From positions 15,647-79,646 of the forward strand of contig JAWXAY010000033.1 of the NCBI GenBank assembly GCA_034439715.1: a stretch of 64,000 nt of DNA. Direction: 5' to 3'. Of this stretch, positions 20,001 through 28,454 are shown one piece after another (positions within the stretch are counted from its first letter, which is position 1; each line of letters starts with the position of its first letter). The notes beneath the pieces are model-generated. The model was not told the DNA's origin and did not search any database. It was given only the letters and a program-made list of their open reading frames with translations. Position numbers and translations under genes: made by a program. The stretch is from Pseudomonadota bacterium (GTDB lineage Bacteria; Bdellovibrionota; Bdellovibrionia; Bdellovibrionales; SG-bin7).

Positions 20001-23000
20001 TTGGCGGGAGACGCGAGAATTCACTTTAGTGCAACATCCCCACCACTCCGTTGTATTTATGTTGAGATGGATGTTGCTCCGGGTGCCGTTAATGCTCGGA
20101 CCATAAGTGCAAAAATTGATGTCTCGGCTGATTTGGTAAATAGCCTCGGTTATGCTGTGGCGACGGCATTTCCTGTGGCACTTGCCACGACTCCCTCTAC
20201 AATTGTGGGCGCTTCAAATACCACATGGACTGGAACTACAAGTACAGCTTGGAATTTGGCGAGTAACTGGACAAGCGGAATTCCCGATTCCACAAAAACT
20301 TGCACTCTCGTCAACGTAGCGAACGATCCTATTATCAGTACAGCGACTCAAGCATGCAGAAACGTAAGTATAGGTAACGGGATCTTAACAATTAACACCG
20401 GTTCAACTCTTCAAGTTTATGGAAACTACGACAATACTTCGGGTTCAGTTACAATGAGCGGCACTGGTACTGTTCGCATGATGGACGGCGGAACCGGCAG
20501 CGCTCAGACTGTGGCGAGTACCGCCCAACCTATGAATAAATTAACATTTGATAAAACAACTGGCGGCTCAGTTCGTGTTAATTCTACTATGACAATTACT
20601 AATTTGACGATTCCTGCTGGGTCTAATTTCACTTTCCAAATTCCTGCGAGTACGACACTGACGTTAACAAATGGTCTCGCAATTCCTGCAGGGACCGTCG
20701 ACGTGCAAAATGGCGGAACTATATTGATGGCTAGCGGCACTACACTTAGTGTGACTGGCGGGACATTTAAAACTTCGGGTGTTAATGATACCTTTGTGCA
20801 AAGCTCAGCTAACAAAGGCAAAGTAAGTCGTGTTTCTGGTTCGTGGTCGTTTAACGCAACTTCTGGCACCGTCAATCTCACTGGGTTTTGGTTAGATTAT
20901 TTAGATGCGAACGGTATGCAGATAAATGGCTCCACCACACTTTCAAATTTGAGTGGCGGTCAGTTTACAAATCTTGCTACGAACGGTAGGGGTATGCAAG
21001 TAAACACGAGCGGTGCCGTACCGGCAACCGCCGCAAATGTGGGATTTGAGTGGGGCGCATTCAATGCGGCAAATTCAGGTCAAAGTTGTTTAGCGGGCAC
21101 TTATTATACCGTGTACGCAACGGCTTGTGGTGGAAATACAATTACGTTTACAGAATGGTGGGGTAATTGGTGGCCAGGACAACAATCATTAGTTGACTGT
21201 TCCCCCGACGATCATATTTGGGATTCGGCAGAAGGGGCTTCATGCACCATTAGCATGGCGTCGTCAGCTTCACCAGTTTCGCTATTGTCACTGGTTGCTA
21301 AACCGTACAATCATGCGGTGTCAATTGAATGGGTAACAGCTTCTGAACTTGATCACCAGGGATTTAATGTTTACCGCAGTCTCGACATGTCTAGCGGATT
21401 TATTCAAATCAATTCTGAGTTGGTGAGAAACATTATTTCGTCAACGTCGTATAAAGGAAAATACCGCTTTGTGGATCACGAGGTTGAAAACGGTACTCTC
21501 TATTACTATATCATCGAAGATGTGGCTTTTAATGGTGCTAAAGAGAAGCATGGACCCGTCAGTGCAAGACCCTTAATAATATTAACGGCTCCGCCGGCTG
21601 ATCCCAGTGACACTAACTCTGGAACAACAGATCCTAATCCGAACGCAGGTAACGATCCCTCGACCGGGCCTATCGCGACACCGGGAATGGTTGACCTCGG
21701 GAATGGCGTTCACATTTTAGCGCAAACTAAAAACTCTTTACGTATAGAAATCATTCCGCCGCCAGAGACTTGGGCTAATTCTACTTGGAATGCGACTTAT
21801 AAAACTCTTAAGGTCCCGGGATATTCGAACACGCTAACACCAGGATACCCAGAACTTGTGGATAGGACTATTTTAGTTGAGGTCAGTGATCAACATAGTA
21901 GTGCTTTGGTTATCAATTCGAGTTTGGTTGAGACCGTTCCTGTTGCCAAAAAAGTTCAACCAGCACCGAATTGGGTGGCCAATGGTGGTGGCATTCTGCA
22001 AGCTTCGTATGCCGAGAATGCGGTCGCTTATAGTGCCGCTGGGTATCAGCCGGCGACTTATTATTCTTTGGATAGCGCGCTTAAAACTATCGGTGGCAAA
22101 ACCTACTTAGCTCTAAATGTGTCACCATTTAAATACGATGCTGTTAATCAGCTTGTAAAAAATTCGAGCAAAATCGTACTTGATATTGCGCTTGATGGTG
22201 AACCTATATGGAATGGTCAGCCGCCTACCAGCGATCCGGCACTGTCGCCGTCAGCTGCAGATGGCGTGTTGCGAATTGGCTTTCGTAGCTCTGGACTTTA
22301 TGAATTAACTTACAATGATTTTGTCACAGCTAATGTAGATGGTCCATTCGCGGGACACGACTCCACTCAATTTCGCATGTATGTACGGGGAGAAGAAATA
22401 CCCATTAGTATAATATCGACCAACAGTACTTTTTCGAGTGGTGATAAAATAAGATATCACGTTGATCATTTGAGAAATTCCGAAGACGATGAAAATGAAG
22501 TCGTACTCAGCTCTTATAATGTTCAGAATAGTGCAAGTGCCCCCTTGCGAATGGATCACCGGAACGCTGAACCGACAAGTTTTGGTGCTTCACCTGAAGT
22601 GGGGTCTTATTATAAAGTAGCAGTGGAGCAGGATGTTGACTTCTATCTGGACTATCCATTAGGTCCTGATCAAGATCATTTTTTCTGGAAGCGCATTAAA
22701 GCTAACAGAAATGGTAATCGCAATCCCTATCCTACAGCGGCCAAAATGGACATACCCATTGATCTTACTCGTTTAGATCAAAATTCGACTAGAAAAGTTT
22801 ACCTGAGAGTTTATTTAAGAGCTCGAGCTAATATGACTACAAATGCGAGTCACCACTTGGGCCTGTATTTAAATAACATCACCTATATGGTCGATGAAAA
22901 AGTATTTACCGAAGACAAGCCGACAGTATTAACTTTTGAGTTGAATCCTAACTTCTTTTTTGACGGCATAAACACGATCAAACTTTTAGCTCTTGGAGAC

Positions 23001-24698
23001 ATGGTTCCCGAAAACAATTGGGACATTATAGACATTGATCGCGTTGAAGTCGAATTTGAAGGGTCCCGTTTAGCCATTGCAGACGTTGCCGAATTTACCA
23101 ACCGGTATAGAGACCAAGCCATTTCCGTGTTTGGCTTTTCGAGCACAAATGTTGTGGCCTATGATGTTTCCCAGCAGAATAAACGGGTATCGATTCTAGA
23201 TAATATTGCTTGGTCAGTGAGTGGCGGACTTAATGATGCCACCTTTGCCACAGTCAGTAATATTGAGGGCGACATGGGCACTCACTACGTTTTAATAAAA
23301 GACGGACAATATAAAAAGCCCACATCACTTTTACTACAAGAAGGCATTTATTTGCCTCTCAAATCTTCAGCGCAAGGAGCGGACTTAATTATTGTCGGTC
23401 CAAAATCTTTGCTAAGTTACACCGAAAAACTAGTCAGTGTTCGTGAAGGTGATGGTCTTCGTGTTGTTAGTGCGCCGCTGGAGCAAATCTATGCCGAATT
23501 TTCAGACGGTTTGAACACCAGTCGCGGTGTTAGAGATTTTATTCTCTACGCCTACAATAATTGGACATTTCCCAAACCTAAATACTTACTAATTATTGGT
23601 GATGCAACATATGATCCCTTGGATAAACTTGGTTATGGCCGCGCTGACAAAGATAGCATGACGCCATTGGCATTGGTCAGCGGAATCCATATTGACTTTG
23701 GCAGTGATAATTACTTTGTGGCGAATCCCGATGGTACAGACATTCCAATAATGTCTGTTGGACGAATTCCAACCTCTCAGCCAGATTTCTTAGAAGGCTA
23801 TATCAATAAAATACTAGCCTACGAAGTCGGAAGCTCAGCGCCATCCACTGGGTATAACTCGCACAATGCCGTTTTTATTAATGATAAGCCTTCATTTGGA
23901 GACAATTTCTCAAAAGGCGTTGATGAATTGTCCGCGGCGCTCTATTCATCAAGACCAGATTACACCTCAACAAAACTAAATCGTGAGTTATACACAGACG
24001 TCAATTTCAAACAAAAAATTATTGACGAATTTAATTCAGGTCCGTTTTTAATGACTTACCTTGGACACGGAGCTGAAGAACGCTGGATGTCCGATAGTTC
24101 TGGAAATCCTGTTTTTGGCAATACTGAGGCAAAGGCATTAACAAACGCGCGCCTACCAATTGTTCTCGCCCTGAACTGTTTGAATTCCTATTTTTACGAT
24201 CCAGATCCAGACCCTTCTTGGTCAGGACTGGGCGAAGAACTTATATTAAATGCCAATGGCGGTGCTATTGCATTTTGGGGATCTACAGCCATGACAACGC
24301 CTGGAACGCAAAAAAAGTTAGCTACGTCATTTATTAATGAATTCAGCGCTGAAACCACTTTGGCAGTTCACGATGTTCGCTTAGGCGACATCTTGAGCCG
24401 CGCCAAACAAGTGCTCGGTTCCGACGAAAACTCTAAGGATACTATCCGCAGCTGGGCCCTTTTAGGCGATCCTTCTATGAAGTTACCGAGTGATGTTTTT
24501 AAAGCTCAAAGCGTTGATCAATCCTCAACAAGAAAGAGTAAAGGCTTTTTATCTTGCGGTAGTATCGACATTGGCTCAAGTGGCGGTAGTGGTCCAAATT
24601 GGCCCGCGCTTTTTGAAATGCTATTGCTGGTAGGATTTATTATGTTGTTGAGGATTCGCTTGGTTCTAGTGCCCGCCAAACAACGAATCAAACGATAA
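14058..24698 (+). CDS. Giant (3546 aa) surface protein: five beta-rich adhesin-like repeats, PVxL Ig-like domain, C25 propeptide-like region, gingipain-like C25 cysteine peptidase, C-terminal TM anchor
   Basis: Signal peptide ending AQA; repeats start at W56, W568, W1072, W1568, W2057; C25 motifs KYLLIIGDA, SDNYF, VGRIP, TYLGHG (His3337), ALNC (Cys3374), ALLGDP; C-terminus SCGS-Gly-rich-TM-KQRIKR. Confidence 0.9.
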   Translation: MGRLWTGLSTSHSFYYLFHFSLLQPMQFAAFFSVVFLASTFQNQAQAACGGTVRTWDSGAGSANWSAAANWSADDIPNTTTEDVVIVSGAQIPNFDTAYSVGCLEIQSGTLTANRNNRVLTINGDYFRNLTANSFTVGSASFTLKMGVPGSPVQTLENYDLLEILEIGNNNTVTSTKPFRMNTQLQFTAGWTGTLKLNGDLDYRGGAVTIPAGGTVIIGSGVTWASTANITVAGTLKIMPGATLKFNTGRTLTVNNNASLIIAGASGNSGKISGQDFNDSWTFNMNGILNADYFLLSRMAVSGLNIGATGIVQKLDNGEFHYPQLNGDAIRVANGATLPATMNQLGFSNDANLAGTKNFNSAYTGTAITVNNWTGNGNTANERADTGNKILWGAQGGTKLSLVDFSNPPATINQATTVTGGTFSFALNQASTLTNITSIKISMLGTATTSDIDYITVYADAAGSMDCVLTVGTDTVIANQVSLSSSPLSYTVAIASGVVTTSSDTAKHCIHVQVRTTGTAQDNKTIRLGVQGTNDVVNSQGYTFSDSAAPPVLASPDIVIVGDVIRKWQGDISTAWSNAGNWSGGVVPTGTRDCQVGVGTNVAVLDATGTCQVANFLTGGTLNFNATGRILNLTGGINIDPGFIFQTPTNVGTLNFSGAVAEGVSIATPVPAHVTINNTGAAGNDYVEINGDTTIGDASGNGGNVTVTNGTLRVNAPYTLTIKGNLTCAALAGNGIEIAAGATLKMGNNRTITINNGCTFTLVGNINQNVVVTSDNIANSYNVIVAAGGIISANYYKFENLGTLGLNIAGTINATNHLQNGTFRYPRGNNGKMLDLDVAVPTNSMDNMTFTSGGSSATGTTNIDTATNGAGGTLTLNNYTGDLAGPFFDNDPTYLLAWLNATNTIEITQEATSPVTLNAGSTYNMGRFGFKQAMAGASFVNTDITSLRLTLTGTASSNDISDVKIYYDATCAGAGGVLVDSGAFSGNPASRVFTFTAGEATVNADTSTPPKKCLYVEYVIASGATDGNTAGVELVLTTDFASSAGYAVDSNTLPPLFLGSPGTISGSSSVNWVGGTSTNWNLAANWSPATVPTSGISCRIDSSVRNPTIDVTSGNATCKTVIIGNGTLNISTGYKLSVYGGYTNTGTLNLAGTATLEFADGGVLSNQTITSSTTIGSISFAKTAGGNVNIGSSALTVTSLVNMQAGQNFDFLIPSGKNLTFSGGATVSAGTFTIAAGGTLTMGNATAFTVGANGTLIMIGSSGANLATMTGGSNKFNAVINGTIKAQYYKFDHLSSAGVSVESGSTIDVTYHLQDGSFTYPVDASTTMLFLKRQVPTDTMDNTKFDKGGSAAATPKNINTTGAAAGTLTMSGYLGDIAGDAFEVEGSYTISWGAGVNTINLTQSAATALGSVTAPSTANLMGRFGFKQTLAGASYSDAALTTLKLTLKGTAIAADVSEVRIYYETDCNSAGGTLIGSGIFSGSPGTATFNLNPTDAIIPFNATTPPTVCIYVQYDIPSGATNGNTVGVEVAINSHVTNDQAYAIADATPVPVNLGTAIAISGAINTTWNGSVSTAWGTAGNWSAGVPTSTVNCTIPTGLTVWPNVAAGTIICKSVTLQGSMTMSAGTWDVHGDFINTGTFTNSGGALNFQGTANQNFSSGSTIFNVTFGKTAGTVAITGASVPITSIDFTGGSAYTFKVNSGRTVTFTNNVTVLTGKTFDISAGTVRMSNGRTFTINSGATLNMIGTSAVLNSVMTSTGGANAFNVVIAGTIAARYFTFDHLGVAGVAINGTATINATNQLQDCNFTYPVNNNTKFLTLAIPIPVATLDNCKFDLAGSVATGTKTIDASAVTGGAPNPDLTLNNWSGDAGGTSSSINSGTYTIAWAPGLNTINITREAASPTTVNAGTTYNMGRFGFQQVLAGTYADTDITTLRLSTTGTAVASDISQVRVYYDSDCNNSAGTLIGTGAFAGSPLTKTFTFLAGDARIHFSATSPPLRCIYVEMDVAPGAVNARTISAKIDVSADLVNSLGYAVATAFPVALATTPSTIVGASNTTWTGTTSTAWNLASNWTSGIPDSTKTCTLVNVANDPIISTATQACRNVSIGNGILTINTGSTLQVYGNYDNTSGSVTMSGTGTVRMMDGGTGSAQTVASTAQPMNKLTFDKTTGGSVRVNSTMTITNLTIPAGSNFTFQIPASTTLTLTNGLAIPAGTVDVQNGGTILMASGTTLSVTGGTFKTSGVNDTFVQSSANKGKVSRVSGSWSFNATSGTVNLTGFWLDYLDANGMQINGSTTLSNLSGGQFTNLATNGRGMQVNTSGAVPATAANVGFEWGAFNAANSGQSCLAGTYYTVYATACGGNTITFTEWWGNWWPGQQSLVDCSPDDHIWDSAEGASCTISMASSASPVSLLSLVAKPYNHAVSIEWVTASELDHQGFNVYRSLDMSSGFIQINSELVRNIISSTSYKGKYRFVDHEVENGTLYYYIIEDVAFNGAKEKHGPVSARPLIILTAPPADPSDTNSGTTDPNPNAGNDPSTGPIATPGMVDLGNGVHILAQTKNSLRIEIIPPPETWANSTWNATYKTLKVPGYSNTLTPGYPELVDRTILVEVSDQHSSALVINSSLVETVPVAKKVQPAPNWVANGGGILQASYAENAVAYSAAGYQPATYYSLDSALKTIGGKTYLALNVSPFKYDAVNQLVKNSSKIVLDIALDGEPIWNGQPPTSDPALSPSAADGVLRIGFRSSGLYELTYNDFVTANVDGPFAGHDSTQFRMYVRGEEIPISIISTNSTFSSGDKIRYHVDHLRNSEDDENEVVLSSYNVQNSASAPLRMDHRNAEPTSFGASPEVGSYYKVAVEQDVDFYLDYPLGPDQDHFFWKRIKANRNGNRNPYPTAAKMDIPIDLTRLDQNSTRKVYLRVYLRARANMTTNASHHLGLYLNNITYMVDEKVFTEDKPTVLTFELNPNFFFDGINTIKLLALGDMVPENNWDIIDIDRVEVEFEGSRLAIADVAEFTNRYRDQAISVFGFSSTNVVAYDVSQQNKRVSILDNIAWSVSGGLNDATFATVSNIEGDMGTHYVLIKDGQYKKPTSLLLQEGIYLPLKSSAQGADLIIVGPKSLLSYTEKLVSVREGDGLRVVSAPLEQIYAEFSDGLNTSRGVRDFILYAYNNWTFPKPKYLLIIGDATYDPLDKLGYGRADKDSMTPLALVSGIHIDFGSDNYFVANPDGTDIPIMSVGRIPTSQPDFLEGYINKILAYEVGSSAPSTGYNSHNAVFINDKPSFGDNFSKGVDELSAALYSSRPDYTSTKLNRELYTDVNFKQKIIDEFNSGPFLMTYLGHGAEERWMSDSSGNPVFGNTEAKALTNARLPIVLALNCLNSYFYDPDPDPSWSGLGEELILNANGGAIAFWGSTAMTTPGTQKKLATSFINEFSAETTLAVHDVRLGDILSRAKQVLGSDENSKDTIRSWALLGDPSMKLPSDVFKAQSVDQSSTRKSKGFLSCGSIDIGSSGGSGPNWPALFEMLLLVGFIMLLRIRLVLVPAKQRIKR

Positions 24699-25004
24699 AA
24701 CCACACCTGCACTAGCACCCACCCCTATACCATTAGCTAACATATCGTTGGATGAAAAATCGCTATCGGTAAGTTCCTTAATTGTCCCCACCGTAAGGGC
24801 CACAAGGCTACCGTATATTATAGATTTCCACTTTGAATATTTGGCTCGGCGAAAGGCATCGGTCGCGCTATAGGAAAGTCCAAAGCTTGCCAGCATATGG
24901 AGTTGTTTATCGGTGTTATTCCACGAGAATTTATCGTCGTTAGGGAGCGCCGCTAGAGAGGTGTTTGACACCATTAATATTAGCGCTAGAAGAATTTTTT
25001 TCAT
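24666..25004 (-). CDS. YfiM/DUF2279-like small exported membrane protein
   Basis: DKQLHMLAS, GTIKELTD, FSSNDMLANGIG motifs. Confidence 0.65.
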   Translation of the reverse strand: MKKILLALILMVSNTSLAALPNDDKFSWNNTDKQLHMLASFGLSYSATDAFRRAKYSKWKSIIYGSLVALTVGTIKELTDSDFSSNDMLANGIGVGASAGVVLSFDSLFGGH

Positions 25005-25067
25005 ACTTAAAAGTTTTCCAAATTCTAGAGATTAATGCAATTGAAATCTTAAGCGTTCTATGCGACC

Positions 25068-25697
25068 TTGCTCAACACCATGCCACTTGAAAAGCTTTTT
25101 CCGACTTACGTATACAACGAAAAATTGAAATCAAATGACTTAAATTTGCGAGGCGAGATTTTATCGGAGGCCTATAAGTTTAGGGATGACGACATAGAAG
25201 GCCATAAATGGTGCAAAAAAAACTATGTCGGTGGTTACACCTCATATGGTTCGCTCTGTAAACTTCATAAAATGTCGCCCACCTTTAACGAACTAAAAAA
25301 ACAAATTGATAAACATGTCAAAAAATATATCCAAGTTACTGAAATGGATCTTGAAGGCCACAAAATAGAAATGAACAGCTGCTGGGTTAGTATTATGCCT
25401 GCGCAGAGCCATCATAGCTTTCATATTCATCCACAGTCTTTTATTAGTGGCACCTACTATGTTTCAACTCCAAAAAATTCTTCGGTGATTAAGTTTGAAG
25501 ATCCTAGGCTTGCATTTTTTATGGGTTCACCATCCCGAAAATCAAAATGTCGGCGTGAAAATCAGCACTTCGTGGCTGTTGACCCTCGGGAGGGCAACGT
25601 GGTGCTTTTTGAAAGTTGGTTGAGGCACGAAGTACCCGCGAATACTAGCGAAACAGAACGGGTTAGCGTTAGTTTTAACTACAGTTGGAATTTCTAA
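25068..25697 (+). CDS. TIGR02466-family putative 2OG-Fe(II) oxygenase
   Basis: LFPT N-terminus, HSFHIHPQSFISGTYYV, FEDPR, LFESWLRHEV, RVSVSFN. Confidence 0.88.
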   Translation: MLNTMPLEKLFPTYVYNEKLKSNDLNLRGEILSEAYKFRDDDIEGHKWCKKNYVGGYTSYGSLCKLHKMSPTFNELKKQIDKHVKKYIQVTEMDLEGHKIEMNSCWVSIMPAQSHHSFHIHPQSFISGTYYVSTPKNSSVIKFEDPRLAFFMGSPSRKSKCRRENQHFVAVDPREGNVVLFESWLRHEVPANTSETERVSVSFNYSWNF

Positions 25698-26681
25698 TTA
25701 AACCAACACTCCATTTACTAAATCTTCTTCGTGCAGTCGCATAAGGTCTTTGGCGATGGGGCCAGGCCTTCCGTCTCCTAAAGCCTTACCATTTATTTGA
25801 ACGACCGGTAAAACTCCAATAGTTGTACCAAACATCATGGCCTCTTTACATTTCTCAGCTTGCTCGAGGGTGATGTCGCCTTCCTTGATGGCCTTGAGCT
25901 TGCCGGCATTTAGTAATTTCCAGGCGAGTTCCATCAGTCGCACCAGAGTGGTGCCCTTCAAAGTATATTTAAATGACGGAATTAAAAGTTCAGAGTCAAT
26001 TGTGACAAAGCCAATATTTTCAGTGGCGCCTTCGCCTAAAAATCCTCTTGGTGAAATATTAATCGAGAAGTCCCAGCCTTTATCTTCGGCCTCTTTCTTC
26101 ATAAGAACATTACTCAGATAGTTACAACTTTTAACAGTCGCCTGAAAGGAATCTTTCATAGGAATTTGACTTGCGCCGACTATCACTCCGTTCAGATATT
26201 TTGCGGGTTCCACGGGTTTGAGTCGTGTCACCACAATGTAGAGTTGCGGGGCTACGCTTTCGTAGGGCGATGGGCCAAATCCACCGGGCCCACGTGAAAC
26301 AAATACACGTAATCCATAATTACATTCTTTAGCGCGCTCTTTTGTACTTTCTTTGGCTACTCTTACCGTTTCAATTATTGTCCCTTGTAGTTCCAGACGA
26401 GAAAGTGGAAGCTTAAGCGCTACCTTTTCAGCGCTAGACTCAAGCCGATCCAGATGCTCTTTCAGAAGATAAATACGCCCTGCACTAACCTTTAAGGCCT
26501 CAAATATTCCATCCCCCCGGTGTACGAGATGATCATCGACTGGTACGCACATTAACATTGGGTCGGATGTAATTCCTCCAAGCCAAGAAGAATACATAGC
26601 AAAATAATTTTCATGAAAAATTTGCCTTTGTTGATCGAGTTTTTTTAAAAAGAAATCTCGTGTAATTATCTCTATGCTCAT
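25698..26681 (-). CDS. Class IV PLP aminotransferase (IlvE/PabC-like)
   Basis: DDHLVHRGDGIFEAL, HLDRLESSA, VKSCNYL (PLP Lys), EGATEN, LKGTT. Confidence 0.9.
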   Translation of the reverse strand: MSIEIITRDFFLKKLDQQRQIFHENYFAMYSSWLGGITSDPMLMCVPVDDHLVHRGDGIFEALKVSAGRIYLLKEHLDRLESSAEKVALKLPLSRLELQGTIIETVRVAKESTKERAKECNYGLRVFVSRGPGGFGPSPYESVAPQLYIVVTRLKPVEPAKYLNGVIVGASQIPMKDSFQATVKSCNYLSNVLMKKEAEDKGWDFSINISPRGFLGEGATENIGFVTIDSELLIPSFKYTLKGTTLVRLMELAWKLLNAGKLKAIKEGDITLEQAEKCKEAMMFGTTIGVLPVVQINGKALGDGRPGPIAKDLMRLHEEDLVNGVLV

Positions 26682-26772
26682 TTTTTCCTCATAATGCGAT
26701 GCTATTTATGTGACCTTTAGTAGAATGATAATTAAAAAGCTTTCTGTACACAACAAACAAATGGGAGTGAGT

Positions 26773-27177
26773 ATGCGACAAATATTAGGGGTAATTGCTT
26801 CGGTATTGTTGGCCACTAGTGGAGCTTCAGCAAGTCACAACAAACATGTAGGAGAGCCGATGGTTCTTGTTGCCAAAAACCTTATTGCTGAAGGTCAAGT
26901 AGTCATTGATGTGCGCCAAGAAGCCTGTGACGGCTATGTGAAAGGGGCTCACATCATCTCTATCGATGATTTCTCTGCTGCCACTGATGTCACAATGGCT
27001 AAAATTTTAAAATTGGTAAACGACGATAAAACCAAGTCTGTCGCAGTTTACTGTAAATCGGGAGTGCGTTCTAAAAAAGTTATGGGCATTTTAAAAGCTC
27101 AGGGATTTTCCAACTTGCATAACTTGGGTGGCGTGGGCGAATACTACGATCCTTCGACCATGCAGAAATGCGATTAA
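26773..27177 (+). CDS. Exported rhodanese-domain protein (start moved from 26710 to 26773)
   Basis: GGAG RBS, signal peptide MRQILGVIASVLLATSGASA; IDVR, YCKSGVRS active-site loop, HNLGG. Confidence 0.85.
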   Translation: MRQILGVIASVLLATSGASASHNKHVGEPMVLVAKNLIAEGQVVIDVRQEACDGYVKGAHIISIDDFSAATDVTMAKILKLVNDDKTKSVAVYCKSGVRSKKVMGILKAQGFSNLHNLGGVGEYYDPSTMQKCD

Positions 27178-28434
27178 TTAGGCTGCTTTTTTTATATTTG
27201 AGTTTAAATATGAGTTGCTAGAGGTCATGGTGGAGTTCAAATGGTTTTTAGCAACATAGGCCCGATAATTGTCTTGAACTTCATTTTTAATATGAAGCGA
27301 TTCTATGTTCTTCTTTTTTAAATTCTTTAATTGTGAATCGCTGACCTTGCAGCCACCTCTAAGATATTTTAAAAACTTTTGGTTGGAATGCAGATAGAGG
27401 TAGGCATCGAATTCGATTCTGGTTTCAGATGTGAGATTGTCGATTTTAATTTCAGACATGGTGGGATCAGGAGACGGGATAACCCGAATCATTGATTTTT
27501 CCATTTCAAAAAAAGCCATCATGACTTCTTTGCCCTTATGATTCCCGCGAGTGACATATTTAGCCTTATGACTGGTCCACGCCTTAAAATCTACCTCATC
27601 GACTTCTAGGTGAAGAGTTTTTGTTGAGAGACCATTGAATTGCACGTAAGAGCCCATGTCTCCCATTTTAGTTCTTAGGTTTTCTACCAACGCCGCGTCG
27701 ACTTCTTCGCGCCCGGCCATGACCATGACAAGGAGGCCCGAGACCGAGTCACTGGTAATTGGAATGACTGTCAATTTTTGGGTGTTGGTAATTGGCACGT
27801 GTTTTTCAATGGCGGCTTCACAAGCATTCTGAAAGGTTTTGCCAAGGTCTTGAAAAAGTACCTGTTCATTTTCCGTGTAGTTTCGGTTTTCGCTAAGCGA
27901 AATTTGACTCTGCTCCAGTAGCTTGGCATTTACATTTTTTTCGGCATTCTGGTCAATTTCAAATTTATGCGAAGTCACAACCATCGAAGTCTGATCGGGG
28001 CCTGTCAACTTTGCATTTACGCTGATGTTTTGTTTGACGTCCGTGTGTTCAGACTGAAGTTTAGAAAAAATCGTATGCCCGCTGATCGGAGGCATAATGC
28101 TCTCGCCCTGATGACTCCTTAGTCTGCGGATGGTTGTGTTGTCGGTGGTTTCTCCAAAGGCGACTACTGGCAGTTTTAATTTATTTTGTAAAGAGGCAGG
28201 ATAATTAACGACCTCATTATTTTCTCCGGTAAAGCTTACAAAAATGAAACGCGGGGGAAAAGCGCTGCAATATATTAGTAAATCACCAAAAGAGGAAAAA
28301 ACTTTGACTGTCCAGCCTCGTCTTTCAAGAAACCAAACTGTAGAAGATAGTGTGCGTGGATCTTCGGCGAAGAAAACCACATGAAATGATCCGATAGAAT
28401 TTAGCATCTCAAATCCAGGCTTTTGTTCTGACAC
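27178..28434 (-). CDS. Hypothetical signalling protein: degenerate receiver-like N-terminus and HD-GYP-associated-like C-terminal domain without an HD domain
   Basis: VFFAEDPRTLSSTVWFLERRGWTVKVFSS receiver-like start; FDAYLYLHSNQKFLKY...QLKNLKKKNIESLHI C-terminal segment. Confidence 0.55.
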   Translation of the reverse strand: MSEQKPGFEMLNSIGSFHVVFFAEDPRTLSSTVWFLERRGWTVKVFSSFGDLLIYCSAFPPRFIFVSFTGENNEVVNYPASLQNKLKLPVVAFGETTDNTTIRRLRSHQGESIMPPISGHTIFSKLQSEHTDVKQNISVNAKLTGPDQTSMVVTSHKFEIDQNAEKNVNAKLLEQSQISLSENRNYTENEQVLFQDLGKTFQNACEAAIEKHVPITNTQKLTVIPITSDSVSGLLVMVMAGREEVDAALVENLRTKMGDMGSYVQFNGLSTKTLHLEVDEVDFKAWTSHKAKYVTRGNHKGKEVMMAFFEMEKSMIRVIPSPDPTMSEIKIDNLTSETRIEFDAYLYLHSNQKFLKYLRGGCKVSDSQLKNLKKKNIESLHIKNEVQDNYRAYVAKNHLNSTMTSSNSYLNSNIKKAA

Positions 28435-28454
28435 CTGGCGTACCTCTTAGTCAC

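Noticed and set aside
14058-21270. CRISPR array or DNA tandem repeat within the giant gene
   Set aside because: Repeats are ~1.5 kb, diverged, in frame and protein-level; no short direct repeats with spacers and no cas genes in the window.
24400-24698. T9SS C-terminal domain on the C25 protein
   Set aside because: The C-terminus is a TM helix plus basic tail, not a beta-sandwich CTD.
14029-24718. Many small ORFs nested in the giant gene on both strands
   Set aside because: Shadow frames produced by biased Gly/Thr/Ala/Asn codons.
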